A stretch of 64,000 nucleotides of DNA. Source: Oculina patagonica. Lineage: Eukaryota. The stretch lies in contig NC_135760.1 of assembly GCF_052425735.1 (NCBI RefSeq), positions 13,454,001-13,518,000 of the forward strand, read 5' to 3'. Below are positions 1 to 19,090 of the stretch, in pieces. A program made the position numbers and the translations under genes. Numbering within the stretch: position 1 is the first letter of the stretch; each line of letters starts with the position of its first letter. The notes below the pieces were generated by a model. The model had not been told where the DNA came from. It made no database searches and saw only the letters and a program-made list of their open reading frames with translations.

Positions 1-531
1 GATAAACCGGTGTCAATTCCCGCTGGTCCAAAGCAATGGAAACCATCAGAGGCGCCTGAATTTATTCGTTTTGTTATGGGTAGGTTTTGTCGCTGATTTT
101 AAAGTACTGATTAGCTTTGTATTGTCAGCTCAGTGGCTAGGGTCAGTTGAGAATACCTACCATACAATTCCTACATACACATACATAGCATACCGGTAGT
201 TCATTTTGCAAAGCAGCTACCGAAGCCTGCTCTTAATGAACCAGTCTGACTGCTGGACAAGTTTTAAAGCAAACAAACAAACAAAGTTTTAAAGAAAAAA
301 TGATTTGTAAACACAAAAGAAAGTTTATACTGGGGAAAGCTGTGGTATTTTCTTGCACAAAATTGATATCATAAACAGTGTGTTTTTCTACTTTGAAATG
401 TTGGTAGTTATAAAAGATACTCTGATCCAGAACTGAAGTGAGACACTTCTGAACCCCAGTTTAAATCATTTTGAACCAGTATGTCCCCCCCCCTCCCCCA
501 GCCCACCCCCACTTAGCTTAGGCTTATGATT

Positions 532-577
<46 letters not shown>

Positions 578-3245
578 GGGGGGGGGGGGGAGGGATTACA
601 CCAGTTTTTTTTTCAATAAGACCATAAATTGATTTAACTGATTCCAAGTCATCATAAACTGAGAGCAAGTTTCACTCTTCATTTGTCAGGTTCTAGTGCT
701 GGAGCTGGTAGTGGAGAGTTCCATGTTTATCGTGCAACAAGGCGGAGAGAGTATAATAGGATGGCATACATTGAAAAGACAGCAGAACAAGTATGAGTTG
801 GTCAACTGTTATATTTAATAGACTAGCTCTAGCCATTAGCCTCTATTCTCAGTACCTCTTTTATCCAACTTAGGAAAATGTCTCCCCCAAGTGCCATTTA
901 ACAATTTGACAAAATAATATTGAATGTTTGTCATGATCAAAACAGTCGAGACGTATGATATAATTTTATGACAACTAAAAAGCTGTATTTCATTTAGTGC
1001 CAGAGTTGGAAAATAAAGGTTTCATATTTATGAAGTGTTAAAGGTAGATGTGCTCGAAAGGGAATGTGGTGAATTTTTTGCCTATGGGCCTTTAGTTTTG
1101 AACAAACACATAGGCGTCGGGGCAGGGGGGCTGAAGCCCCAAGCCACAGCCCCCCAAACAAAAATTTAGGGAGGCTTAGCCCCCCCACGTTTTGGTGCCG
1201 AAAATATTGCAAGCGCAGCATAAAATTAGTTTGTCAAGATGTTCCATCATATGAGTGAGTTTAAACATCTTCGAAACTTCCTTGGAAGTCTTCAGGAAGC
1301 TTTGGTTATCTTCGGAAAAGTTCGTGATTAAGGATTAGAAATGTTTGTATGGCCTTCGAACAACAATTGGAAAATCTTCGGAAATCTTCAGCCTAGAAAC
1401 TGCTCAGAAATCAAAAAGTTGCTAGAATGGAAAAAAGTTACTTTAAATATGTAAACCTGCTGAGCATTTTTGGGACAGTCTTAGTCCCCCCACGTTCCCA
1501 AATGCTTCCCCACCTCTGAAACAGGAGGGGGGTGGGGGCAGGGTCTCATTCAAGTTTTAAGTTAACCAGCTTAGGACTATTTTCAACAGTTTCGTAACAT
1601 AACATTTCCTGATTTTTAAGTTTTGAAGTCTGCCATTAGTTCATCTATTATTCCTGCTAGCAATATCTGCTCCTTCCTTTTTTGTGGTTTTCAGCAAGAA
1701 CTTGATGAAAGTTATCGCAAAAAGCTTGAAGAACACAAGAGTCAAGCAGAAGAGAAAACAGCTAAAAAGAGAGCTAAAAGGTGAAACATTTTGCACGTCA
1801 ATATAATTTGTTTTTTTATTTTTCACTCGTTGTCTAGGAAAAATGTTTTGACACCACACAGGTCTAATGCACATGCTATTTTCACGTGTTTCAGCATCTC
1901 ACATGGCTTGTGCTTCTTCTTTAGTCTGTAGTCGTAACTTGAGTAAATGCCTGGCATGGCTGTCTCTAACAAATTGCTTGTTAGTGTTTCTATCAATGCA
2001 ACAAGACCTGTAGCTTGTAAATGCAGAAAGAAATTTGTGACTGTTGTTTCTGTTTCAGTAGTGTGAAAATATAACAGCCAGAAAATGTCTGAATGTTCAG
2101 GGCTACAAAAACAGTAACATGCTCAGAAATAAACTGTGTACATGAGATGAAACATAATACAGTCGACTCTGCGCTTTTTTCTTTTTCTTTTTTTTTTTTT
2201 TGTTTTTTTTTTTTTTCCCCCCCCCTATACATGTACTAAAGTCTATATGCCTTGAGAATGTTCCACACAATAAACACCCCTTCTCTCTGTAAGAGGCCCA
2301 GGCATTTATTAATTTTGGAGGTTGTCAGCTTAGGCTTTAATAAGAGTGAGGCCTTAAAATGAGGGGAGGTTTTTATTAAAATTGTTAACCATACTTCAGT
2401 TCTTTAAGGTTGAATATTTTTATCTCCTTAGGCAAAAGAAGAAACAGAAAAAGTTAGGTGCTAAAAGGAAAAAAGAAGAAGGAAAGAAAGAAGAAGCTGG
2501 TAAGTCTCTTAACGTCTCACTTAATGGGAGACAGAGTCCTAACCATACTGGAGCATACTGTAAAATTCCGGTTATGAGCCCTGGGCTTATACAACTTCGT
2601 AACAGGTTTTGGTTGGGCTTATATGTGGAATAAAAAAATTTTTTTGAGGAGGGACAGGGGGGGTGTTGGTAAAAATTTTTTTTTAAAAAAAAAAATATAA
2701 AAGAGTTTTCCCCTTGGGGGCCGGGGGGGGGGGGGGGCTTATATTCGGGAGGGCTTATAAGCAGTGTATATTTTTGTTTAGGTAGATGGGCTATAGGGGC
2801 GGGGCTTATAACCGGAATTATGGATTTGTTACCTCCAAAAAGGAATATCTAAAAGTTTTTTTAGCACAATTGGACCCGCTTTAAAGTTTATTCTTAAAAC
2901 CATATCAGTTGATAAAAAAAATTAAAATTAACAGTGACATAAAAAGATATCAAAATACTTTTATCTGGCAGCCCTTCTGCTGCCTTCCTCGGTGTAAAAT
3001 GGCGACTTTGAAGTCATAATTTCACTCTGACAAAGGCAGCAGAAGGGCTGTCAAAAATGAAGTACCGGTACTTTAGATCTTTTTAAGTCAGAAAAAAATG
3101 CTTTTTTTAACTGATCATTTTGACTAATGTGTCATTCAATTCAACAGGCACAGATGATCAAAGACAAGTTAGCAGTAGTGATAATGATGATGAGGAGAAG
3201 TCAGATGAGGATGAAGAACCGCACTTTGTAGTTGGGGGAAAGTAA
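1..3245 (+). CDS. PRKRIP1: PRKR-interacting protein 1 (spliceosome C* factor), 5'-partial; exons 1-79, 690-790, 1695-1780, 2432-2499, 3148-3245
   Basis: Spliced translation [51 protein letters not shown]...[16 protein letters not shown]...[25 protein letters not shown] is the family signature. All junctions are GT-AG with consistent phase. Confidence 0.95.
2903..3116. repeat. Degenerate palindromic MITE in the last PRKRIP1 intron
   Basis: CAGCCCTTCTGCTGCCTT / AAGGCAGCAGAAGGGCTG inverted pair. Confidence 0.6.
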
Positions 3246-3520
3246 CTTTTCATAGTCAACAAAGGACAAAAATCAACATCTGATTCACTTGTGGCTGTGT
3301 TTGTGGATATATCAGTCACTCATCTCTTTATACTCATAACTAGCCTGATATTATGAAGTAAGTCCAAGGAGCAGGATCTGTGTTTTTCATCTGCAAATGA
3401 ATTTATCTTCAAACTGAAGAAGACCAATAAACCCTTAAGAAAGACTGGGACAGATATAACAGATCGTCATCTGTGACAGGTGCTGGTGATGACTTTTGCC
3501 ATAATTTATTTTCTAAATTC

Positions 3521-4045
3521 CAGGGCCATTGACTGACCGGGCTGACCGCCCTGCTCGATGATCGGCAATAGAAATGGCAGCCACAAAAATCCCTCAAGCA
3601 CACCGAAAGGCAGCAGACGGACCAGAAAGACGCAGACCGACGGGACACATACCTGTGATGCGAGGGAACCCCACGGGCCCCGAAGGTGGGACACGACAGG
3701 CGACCCGGCCACGCCGGCCGACGCCGCGCGGCCAGGGGAGGAGGGCCATGGAGCTAGATGGAGGACGGAGATGAGGAGGTCAGGAACTCTAAGTAGAAGT
3801 TTGGTGTATGTCAGAATATGAGAAGTGCGATAGAGTGATGAAGGGAATAGATGTAGAGAGTTTCGGCCCGGGGAGAGAGTATGATGTTGTAGTTTAGCGT
3901 AAAGAATGGATTTTTTTTTAGTACGCGAGGACTGCTTGATGGTATATGATTTGTGTGTTATTGAAGCGGTGACCGGTCAAATGACGCGAAAAAACCGGAC
4001 AAATCGTCATTGGCGGACTGTCGTGACCTGCCGTATTGAGCCCTG
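3521..4045. mobile_element. hAT-like non-autonomous element (CAGGGC termini) with garbled interior
   Basis: CAGGGCCATTGA ... TATTGAGCCCTG with AAATTC on both flanks. Confidence 0.55.
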
Positions 4046-4817
4046 AAATTCCCTGCTTGTATATTACTTTTTTAAGTTGGCGCAATTTCTTTAACATTGA
4101 TGGGAAAGTCAGTTGGTACCTTACGCAAAGCTCTGCAAAGGAAAGCTGGGAAGGACTGCATCAACGCATTCTGAGGTCCTAGGCAATAGGTCTGATGTGA
4201 TAGTGGATAAAGTACATAGTACATGTATATGAGAGTTCAAGGGTTTTAGACATTTAATAAAAAAGTATAGCCTGGCACTGTTACCATCTTTTGATTCCAC
4301 TCAGTTTTCTACATTTCATGTTACTACATAAAACCAGCAAGTGAAGGCAGACCAGATGTGTTAATAAGTATGCAGCTTCAGATTACAGCATCTTTTATAA
4401 TGTTGTAGCAAGTTACTGTGTTGGATTGAGAAAAACATCAACAACTCTTGAAATCAAAACAGCAACATAATCATGATGTTGAGCATTGTGAGACCAGTTT
4501 GTACGTCATTGTTGTTCTCAAGATGTCCCAATCCTTGTATGAACATTGTGTGCAACACTGTCCAAATAAAGGCATGAATTTGAAGTATTCTTACTTGCAC
4601 AAGTTCAAATGCCACGTGGTTGAATGTTTTGTCGTTGTTCCGTAATGCTATTGTTCTCATTGACTAAACACCCCTGCCAGTAATGAAGCGGCAAGGCTTT
4701 GCCATAATCAAACAAAATCTCAAACCCCTTACAAACAGTCTAAAAAACATTGGATCTGTCTGCAAGAGATGCTTTGAGAAGATCTTTAGAAATAAAACTG
4801 TTCCTGGTTGCACATTT

Positions 4818-7800
4818 TTACTGGAGCTTGACAAATCCTTGCAAATCTTCCAGAAACTTGACATAGTGCTGTTGTTCCAGAGCTGTGCTGTAGTCAAGAA
4901 GCCATTGGCAAAAGTTGTTGTCAATTCCTCTTTCAGCTAACATGTTCAGAAGCATAATGTACAGGTTCTGTTGAACAAGGAAAAAAAATACCACTAAATT
5001 ACAACTTACAAAGTTTCCCTACATATTATTATTTCGTAAAATCCAATATCTTATTATCCAACTTTAAAAAAATATATTAGAAAATCGAATTATAGGAGAT
5101 ACAATCATATAGCACCAATGTATTCTGGCTATTTTCACAAAATGAAACCTAACAAAATCTTGAGATTTTTGCCAAAGATGTGTAACAACCAGGAACAAAT
5201 AAATATACAGGCACCACAGATAGGAAACAATTACAAAGAACAAGTTGAAAATCGCTTGGTTTAATTGTAATTTATCTCCTACTTGCAATGGTAACAAAAT
5301 TTTAATGTTACTCAACTACTTATTTTAAGCCTTGGCGAAAGGACTTGCTCTCATACTTACACTATCCATGTTCTCTGTTTCAGCACAATAGACAGTTTTC
5401 TCTTTGTCAGGAGTATCCACAACTGATACATTAACAATGTTGAGCATTTCTGGGCCAGCACTATCATCTCCCATTTCATCATCTAATTCATCTAGCTGGG
5501 TGTTAAACTCACAGTAGAATTTAAGAGTCTTATCCTAAAACAAGTAAAGCAGAACTTAATTAATTGTGTTGTATTTCAACATTTCAGCTAGACTGAAAAT
5601 TATGAGACTCAGGGCATAATCATGTACTCTGTTTTCACAGTACTGTCTCTCCACCCAGGTACAAGGCACTCCTAAATATTTTTGGACCAAGGGCATTGAA
5701 TAAGTTTTATTAGCAATTCACTTTTTTCACAATCCCATAAAACACTTTGTTTACCCCCCAAATTTTTGCATAAGCATTGTTTTCAATTTGTCTGGGGAGG
5801 ATTGTATGTAATTGTAAATCCCAAGAGAAATTGAAAACAAAGCTTATGCAAACATTTTGGGGGTAAACCAGACAAGATGTATTATGGGAACAGTGAAAAC
5901 AACGAATAGCAATGAAGTAGTGGGTTATGAAACAACTTTTTCTAACTTCCTCTTAATTCTTTTAACCCTTTGACACCCAAATTTTCCCCAAAAAACGCTT
6001 TATTTTAGCCGCTAAACTGAAATTTTGGTACTATGGCCTTGAATTTACCTCAGCTTTGCTAAAGAAGCACTTTTTTACACTTCAGCAACATTTTGATAAA
6101 GATTCTGTGTAAAAACTTACAATATTTTACTTTAGTGCATGCACATAAGCCAAATTTTGAAAAGGGGACCTTGACCAATAAAATATTACAGGTGTACTGG
6201 CCTGTTTAAGCAACGATTTTGCACCAAAAATGGATTGTGCTTTTCTTTGATTAGCTCTGTCAGAATGCAACCGAAATTCAAAATGAACAGTCCTGTAAAA
6301 AGGTCGATCCAAGCTCTGTCAGATTCTTATCACGAAATTCCACTGATGTGCTTATTGATGATCTCACAAGTGAATCAATGACTGCACCTCCAAATAGTGC
6401 CTGAACGCGCGTTTAGGAGTGAAAGGGTTAATGTTAAAAGCACCCACAGAATTCACAGGGGAATGTCATTTGGCATCAGTCTTCAAAAGTCTTGTATAAG
6501 TCAGAGGCCTTGTGTTTTCTCAAGGCTTTCTCACAATCTTAAATGCTGAAAATTTCTTCTTTGACTCTTTCATTCTTTATAAATTTTAAAAAAAGCTCTC
6601 AAAAGTCAGCTCATAATTTCAGTTGCATGTGTTTTATTTATGTAAACTACATTTGCATTCTCCAAAAGAATGACTTCTATTACAGGTGTTGGACACTTAA
6701 AAACAAGCAAATAATTATTTCCTAACTTACAGTTTTCTTTGTGATTTCCACAGTGAAGTAAGGATATGACACAATCTGATAAAAAACAACAGTACTTAGT
6801 ACTTTACTCACAGGCCATTCATTCATTGACTCAAAGAGTCAAATCTTGGGGGCAATTAAGGTGGATCAAACATAGTGTGTGACTATCCAAAAGGTAGCTA
6901 TTGGGTACAAAGGTTTATATTTGTTTCAAACAACCACTAGAAATTAAACAAGAGAGGGTGTAGTACGAAAAAATTTAAAACATTTATTTCAAGCAACTAT
7001 TCTTCTGGTTGTCTGTGACAGTTTCTGGCATCAGTTGATGACAGAGTTATCAGTTTACTTCACCCATAGCAGTGTTGTTCGCAATCACGCATCTACCAAT
7101 GGTTTGGCTCAGGATGGGGGGGGGGGCAGGCAACCAACGGGAATTTGACTTAGCGTAGCTCTATCTGGTTAGTCCCCTCAGTGAAAAACTTTACTCAGTC
7201 ACCATCTTGGTTGTGGATAGAGCCTGGTCAAGGGAAGGAATTTAACTTTCAATGGAGACCCAAGGATGGGGAAATTGACATTTGAAAACCTGAAAATGTC
7301 AAATTCCCCTGAGGTTGCCCGCACCCCCATCCTGGGCCAAACCATACACCTTATTCCAAAATGGCGGACAATACATTATTCTTTTGTTTTCATGTTAATT
7401 GGCCCTCGTTGCCTCGATCGTATCTGCAGAATTCAAAAGAATCATTGGCTTAAAACGAGGCAATAAGGGCTAATTAACATACAGGCAAAAGATTAATGTA
7501 TTTGCCGCCATTTTGGAATAAGGTGTATTGATAGGTGCATAAATGAAAGACACTGAACAGTGTGGTGTTGATCAAAAACAAGTTTTTATTGTTCCAGGTA
7601 AACAATAATGCTTCATGTTTTGTAAATAATTCAACTGTCACCTTTCCCATGACATCATGATCATCATCTTCGACATCCTCCTCAAGAGGACCCTCGTCTT
7701 GGTTTGTATTCTCATTTAAATCAAATGACACTACAATCCTGAAACAAATATGCATGATTGTAAGTACTGTTGCTGCTGCCAGTCTACATGTCTGTCTGAT

Positions 7801-9967
7801 TTGTAAGTAGATACAATGTACAATGCACAGCATGCAACTATACACTCCTGTAAAAAGTTCTGAAGAAAGGCCTGCGTGGCTAACTAAGGATTTAGAAAAA
7901 CAGCAGATATTTTGTTACATGACGTTTGTACAAATCAAAGTATGTGAATATTCAGTGTAAAATATGTCAAGTTTGGTGTATTGCTAACCCTATTTACCAA
8001 GGGTAGATATTTTAAAATCCCACTCTCTGGGGGGGGGGGGTGCATCTCAGGACTGTAGGCAGAAGGGAGGTGATGGGTGGCCCCTTGCAGGCCACAAAGG
8101 TCCACCTAATCAGGGAAGAGGGTTAACATGACTCTCACAATGCAGGAAATGTGGACATCAACAATTTGATTTTTCAAAATTTCCCAGGGGAGAAATGATA
8201 CCCTTGTACCCCCACTCATGCCTCTGCTGCTCACACCCACCCCATGCAAAATCCTATTTACAGTCCTGCATCTATACCCTTATGTATATATACCCTTTCA
8301 CTTTTTTTATTCCATCCTTTGCAAAGAAAACAACTACAGGTTGCATGTACACTGCACAACCGAAGGCTTACTTACTTTTCAGCATTGTGTTCCCTCTCCA
8401 GCTTAACTAGGGTCCCTTCCACTTTAGGCTGTTCAAAGATAAAAGATATTTGTATTATGTAGAATAGTACTTTGCACATTTCAAAAAGTGCCATGATGTA
8501 TCATGACACATTGCCACCTTTAAAAAAGTGTATAATACAAGGTTGATGCTTATCCTCGATATATCTATAATATATTAATTCTGTTTTGAACAAGTGCTTT
8601 TATTATAAGCAGTCTTGCTTCTTTTTCATAGATTTTCCAGCAAGAAAAAATTTCAAGATAAAAAAAAAAGGCTTACCTGAAACAAATTTGAGGGGGGGAC
8701 TTTGGACACTGCTTCTTTCTCATTCTGTATTTCTTGCGTGAGAAAACTCATAATCTCACTGTCAGCTGAAACATTTATACATAGATTATTGGTCACCTTA
8801 TAGAATGATGAATGGGTACAAGCAATGCTTCACCGAAAAGATACTAGGTGCTCCAACATTTGAGCTATATGGGTATGTGCTGCTACGAAGAGTACAGCGT
8901 TGTCAAAATAAGCCGGCAACCAGCTACTCGGAATATAAGTACGTCAGTTCTGAGTGTGTGTTATCAAGTTCTGAGTGTCTCATAGCCCCCTACTTTTTGG
9001 ATAGAACCTGCTACTCAACAAAAACCCGCTGACAACCCTGAGAGTATGGTTTCACAAGCAGTTTAGGTGTAGGGTTCAGAGATTAGAGGTTTTGGCCTAC
9101 ATGTAGGGTCACATTTACTGGGAAACTGTTCCATGACCTGAAAATCTATGAAGAATTTAGTCTAGACTAGAAATTGACACTTAAAAATGAAAGATTCTTT
9201 TTCTGTATCCCCCATCCTTGATAAAGGGGGGGTATTACTTTCAGTATGGGAAGTGCGTGGCCGGGTAGTTAGAGTGCCAGACTCAAAAATTATCTGGAAG
9301 TCGCTGGTCCTATTCCTGTTTGGATAGGGTAAGAATTTTGGTATCTAGTATAGGATACGGTTGCAAAATTCAACTGAATATGGTCTAAAATATGGAATAC
9401 CTCCCCTCCCCCTCCCGCACTGCCCCAATCAGTGGTATCAGTCGACCATTCATTTTTTTTTTCTTGTCCCTCCACCACTCTAAGGAAGGTATCCTCTCTT
9501 TACTACTCCTTTGGTGTGATAGCACTGCGTCAAAACCAACAAACACAATCAGCTCTTTCAAGAAATATGAGAGAGTGGTAACTAGCCCTCTCAAATGTGT
9601 CAGCTGTGCTTAGTTCCTTGGCCCCGGGAGGGGGGGGGGGACAGGGCCGGGAAATGTGTCACAGCCAATGATTTTTACTATTTATAGTAGGATATTTGCA
9701 GCTTAAAACGCAATAACGCTTCATTTACTTCTAAAATAGAGTGTTTTAGTACCTACCTTGCGTGTACTTATGCATTTCACACGAACAAACTTTTGAACAA
9801 GCGCAAGAAATCGTTAGTCTTGGGTTGTGCGAAGCACCACGTGTAGTCGCTGCAAAAATAGAGCGAGACCGACAAGACACTAGGGAACTATTAGGCACAC
9901 TTCTGCTGCATAGCGCCCGTGTAGACCTCGCAATAAACAATCTTGCCAGTCCTCCAACAGTCGACAT
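4818..9967 (-). CDS. C1QBP: Complement C1q-binding protein / p32 (MAM33 family mitochondrial acidic protein), 272 aa; exons 9757-9967, 8677-8765, 8376-8428, 7642-7738, 6731-6775, 5361-5534, 4818-4967
   Basis: Arg/Ser-rich mitochondrial-presequence-like N-terminus, then DSEIMSFLTQEIQNEK, IVVSFDLNEN, SYPYFTVEITK and a C-terminal NLYIMLLNMLAERGIDNNFCQWLLDYSTALEQQHYVKFLEDLQGFVKLQ* matching the p32 helices. Exon lengths sum to 819 nt in frame. Confidence 0.93.
5724..5900. repeat. Palindromic MITE
   Basis: TTTCACAATCCCATAA...GCATAAGC arms mirrored by GCTTATGC...TTATGGGAACAGTGAAA. Confidence 0.65.
5966..6427. mobile_element. piggyBac-type MITE in a C1QBP intron
   Basis: TTAA|CCCTTTGACACCCAAA ... 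TTTAGGAGTGAAAGGG|TTAA. Confidence 0.75.
7344..7529. repeat. Palindromic MITE
   Basis: ATACACCTTATTCCAAAATGGCGG ... CCGCCATTTTGGAATAAGGTGTAT. Confidence 0.75.
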
Positions 9968-10671
9968 CTTAATTCAGTTGGTAAAATATAATATTTTTTG
10001 CCCGCAATTTAAAAGTGAAAGATGTTCTTCCTGCCGGAGAATCGGGATAAGGCTCGGCCGCATAGTTCCCCAGTTACTGGGCAGCCGAGCCTTCAGCCAG
10101 TCTGCCCCACCTCTCGCTCTGTAAATACCTGTGCGGGAAATTTGATGATCGCACTGTTTCATGAAAATTAACCACGTTCAACTTTCTCTTTTTATGCTTA
10201 ACATGAAATAAACACCGAAGCCTTTGACTAACACATGAGTTATTTGTTCACGTTTCCAGAATCCCTCTCGTCCGGCTCCCTGATGGTTTATACAAGTTCC
10301 TGTTATTACATTTTTTAATTAATATTTATGTCCATGTTTGTGTTCCTGTGATATTCTAGCAAAATGTTATAATAGAACGTTTTAAACAGCACAAAGATTG
10401 ACTTTGGCTTCAAGTTCCTCTTCGTAAATTCTGGATTATTTCCCAAGTCCAGTCCAGCTTTCCTTCTGTTTTCATAATACCGATCCTATCAATACCGGCG
10501 TTTGACGTCATAGGCCTGAGAAACCGCCAGCGGAGTCTCTTCTACGGCGCCATCTTAATATCGAAGAGCGTAGTTTGTAGAATCTTTAACCATCGAATCA
10601 TCTATCCACCCTCTAACGAAACAATTCTTGTCATATTTATCGCATTAAACGCAGAAGAAACTTTTTAGGTT
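9968..10671. promoter_or_regulatory. Probable bidirectional promoter for C1QBP and PP1
   Basis: Divergent ATGs ~700 bp apart, CpG-rich. CRE TGACGTCA at 10503-10510 and YY1-like GCCATCTT at ~10549. Confidence 0.65.
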
Positions 10672-15581
<4,910 letters not shown>

Positions 15582-17283
15582 TATTTGTTAAATATTATCT
15601 TTGGTTTGGACTGTAATATAATATTGTCATACAATTTAGTTATTATTTTGTAGAGTAGCATGGATAGAGTCCATGACAGTTCACACAGTCAACATGTCTT
15701 GTCCTACTAAATAGAATATGGACAAAAATTCCCTTTGAGATTTTTTTACTATATTTGATGCATGTAAGTACATCAGTTTGTTGATCACATACACATGTTT
15801 GTATCTATTCTTTTCTTTGTTGTGAATCTCATTTTTTGTAGAATAGGGATTTAATTCTGTGTCAAACTGTAACCACATTATATGCAAATGTACATTTTGT
15901 CATTCAGGTGATTAAGAAAGAAAGTCATTTTAAACCCCCCAATGGAATAGTGAAAGAAAGACACAGCAAAGCCTCAATGTATGCACTGCATTTAGTTGTT
16001 TGCATTTGATGCATTGATGTGATAGAAATTGTGTTGGAGACGGTGACAGTGTTCTTGGGTAGTCAATCACTTTGGTTTTATTAGTGATTATGAAGACAAA
16101 GGAAAAAAAGGAAAAACTTGGACTAGTTGTATTAACAATATTGTTAAATTTGACAGTAATCATTGCCCCAAGAATACTAGCACTGCTGACTCAATTGAGC
16201 ATAATCAACACACCTAAGACTTTCACAATTTACTGTTATGAATTGTTAACTCTTACTCACTATCCGCCCCTCTTGTGTCAAGTATGACAAGTAACGAAAT
16301 GTGTCAAGTAACAAAGCCACACTACACTGAAGGTTATCCGCTACAAGAAACAGAGTCATCATTGTAAAATAATGACAAGGGAATTTGTACTATCTTTTGT
16401 AATAAAGTACAAGATAGTTTTCTGGGTATCATGACTGGGAATAATAAACTAATTAGTTTTTTTTATTGTACGTAATAGAGTTGTGGTGTGACATTTGAAG
16501 TTAATTTCAGGCATTTCTTGACAAGTATATGAAACATTCAAACTTGAATTATTTTTTATTTACATAGCAACTTCTTCAACTAGGCCACTTGGAACAAAAT
16601 TAACCTATCAATAATTGAGCACAATGTCATTGGTTTGTTCCCAAAAAGGATTGCAACCCTCATTGTCAATTAATGCTTCGATTGTCTTTTGCAATGTTAT
16701 GGTCATTTTTTGTCCAAGTGCCCTGGTTTAAGTTCTCACAAAACAACATTTATGTGGAATAACAGTTTGTTATCCACCAGCTACCCGGACAAAACAAAAA
16801 GAATTTTCTTCCATTACCATGAACTTTTTTTTACATTGCTAATTTAGTTGTAAACATATACTGAACAAGTCGCTTGTAAACAACTCTTTTATCAACAGCT
16901 CATTCTTTTGTAATATGAAGCTCTTACTAATATTAACCTTATATTATTTTATCAACAATTAAGCATATGCAATGATTTTTTTTTCACTTTGATAAGAACA
17001 ATCATTATTGTTATGTCCATTTCCTTTCTGCAGTAAATCATGTGACATTAATTGCTAGTTAATTTAATTATGTACATATAAAGAAATAAAATTTGTATAG
17101 ATTGCATTTCTTTTGTTGCTGCTTATTTGAATTTCAAATGTACACCAGTTCTTTTATTTTTATTTTCATTGGAAGATTGTCTGAAACTGAGGGGTTTCTC
17201 TCACACTTCCTGCACCAGACAATACGGTGCACTGCACTCCAGCTCAAGCAGTCAAGTTTAAGAACTAGCCAGGTTTGGGCTGT

Positions 17284-17592
17284 TCTTGTCCCAAGCGCTG
17301 CTTGTCCCTCTTAGCCAGAAGAGCCTGGGGCACGAGAAACAAGTGGCTCTGGGGGCACATGATTTAATTGGCTAGATCTTTAACAAATGCAATTTAAATT
17401 TAGGAAATCAAATCGACCGTTTTAAAAACTCTCTGTTGTGAGGTATATTACTATGGTTGATTTGATTGGCTAGATTTAAATTTTTCATTGTTAAAAATCT
17501 AGCCAATCAAATAATGTGTCCCCAGAGCCACTTGTTCCTTATGCCCCAGGCTCTGCCGGCTAAGAGGGACAAGCGGCTCTGGGGACGAGACT
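17284..17592. repeat. Palindromic (foldback) MITE
   Basis: Imperfect ~100-bp inverted arms (GCTTGTCCCTCTTAGCC / GGCTAAGAGGGACAAGC). Confidence 0.7.
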
Positions 17593-17620
17593 GGGTTTGA
17601 GCAAACACTTTACTCCTACG

Positions 17621-17994
17621 GTTCACCGCGGTCAAACGTCTCAGGCAGGTTTTCTTTCCATTTCGCCGTTTTTTGTTCAAATTGAAGTGATTACGAGCAA
17701 GGATACATAAAAATAGTTGCCGAGTGAAAGCTAATCCTATTCCCTCAGGTAAACCAGTGTTTTTACCTTTAAATGTTTCGCATCCGAACCAAAGGTGCTT
17801 TGACAAATGGCGCCGACAAGTCCGCATATCGCTATTTTCAAACACGTAGAACTTTTTTAGTAAAGCTCCAAAAAACTTAGAAAACCCCTAGGATACCGGT
17901 TATGTATCGAACTTTGAACTGTGAAAATTAAAACCTTATCTTTGCAGTACTTTTCTTATTTTTTGCATATTTCTGTCGTTTGACCGCGGTGAAC
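17621..17994. mobile_element. MITE inserted into a SINE-like fragment
   Basis: GTTCACCGCGGTCAAACG ... CGTTTGACCGCGGTGAAC TIRs with CTACG on both flanks. Confidence 0.7.
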
Positions 17995-18246
17995 TCTACG
18001 GTGCCTCTCCACCCAGGTGTAGTAAGTAATGGGTGCCCGGTACCTGTGAATTTAATGGTGGGGGAATTCATATTATAGCCTCATGCAAAATAAAAGATAA
18101 TTACCCACCTGATGGGCTACTATGCTCAAATGTGACCAGAAACAACTTTTTATTTATATTTCTCCATATTGTAAAATTCCCATGATTAAGCCCCCACTCA
18201 CTCCTGTAATACGCATGCATAAATTTGTGTACTTTCCCCTTTCCCC

Positions 18247-19090
18247 TAGCCTGAATTTCAGACCTCCCTCTGTGGTCGCCTACTCCCCAGAAGGGACGTC
18301 TGAACACATCTGGCCCTAATGCCGTCCGGTGACGTCACTACCCGAAAACCGGGTAGTGATTTTGATTGGTTGATTTAAAAATTATTTGCACAATTATGTG
18401 AAATTATGACTGAATTTTACCGCGCGAGGATTGTAATTTGAAAACGTTTGGAAAGAGTTCACTTTCCCAGAAATGAATTTATTAGTCATTTACCTTGAGT
18501 TTATTACTTTATTAATAGTAATGGAAATCGGTAGGTTTTAAGTTGGCGACGTTCGTCGCTTTGACATGCAGTGTTTTGCCAAATTTATACAAATGTATAC
18601 GTATTCTTGTTTTGTCAACAAAGCCGCCTCGATGAGCCAGTGATTTCTGAACTCAGTGCCCACGGTCAAGTAGGATATTTTTGTATCGAATTCCGTTTTT
18701 GTGAACTCAGTAACCGTCTAAATTGATTCATTTAAGTACTCACGAGTGTGTTGTATTTGTCCGCTGCGTAACATATTATATTTTGATCGCTAGATAAAGC
18801 AAATCAGTTCAGATTAAATCGGTTCCGTAAAAGAATATAGCCTGCAGTCGATTAAAATCTCATTCATTTGTCTCAAGTTTTCAATAGTTTACTATTAAAA
18901 CAATTTTATACCCTGTAATCCTTTATTGAAGCGATTTTTCTTTCACAATTTCATGACCTCGACAGAAACTTTTCCGCATGAATTAAAACCAAAGTGTAGT
19001 GACGTCACCGGACGGCATTAGGGCCAGATGTGTTCAGACGTCCCTTCTGGGGAGTAGGCGACCACAGAGGGATGTCTGAAATTCAGGCTA
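18247..19090. mobile_element. Non-autonomous DNA transposon with ~95-bp TIRs and 9-bp TSD (Mutator-like)
   Basis: TAGCCTGAATTTCAGAC...GACGTCACTA versus its reverse complement at ~18997-19090. CCTTTCCCC is duplicated at 18238-18246 and 19091-19099. Confidence 0.85.

Noticed and set aside
533-590. Long poly-T followed by poly-G
   Set aside because: An intronic homopolymer whose length is unreliable in assemblies; no function can be supported.
7860-7890. CTGAAGAAAGGCCTGCGTGGCTAAC hammerhead-like start (also CTGATGA at ~21668 and ~36670)
   Set aside because: No intact stem II followed by GAAA.
9974-10162. 62-aa ORF upstream of C1QBP
   Set aside because: It lies in the promoter/5'UTR interval, has no recognisable motif, and ORFs of this length are expected by chance in GC-richer promoter DNA.
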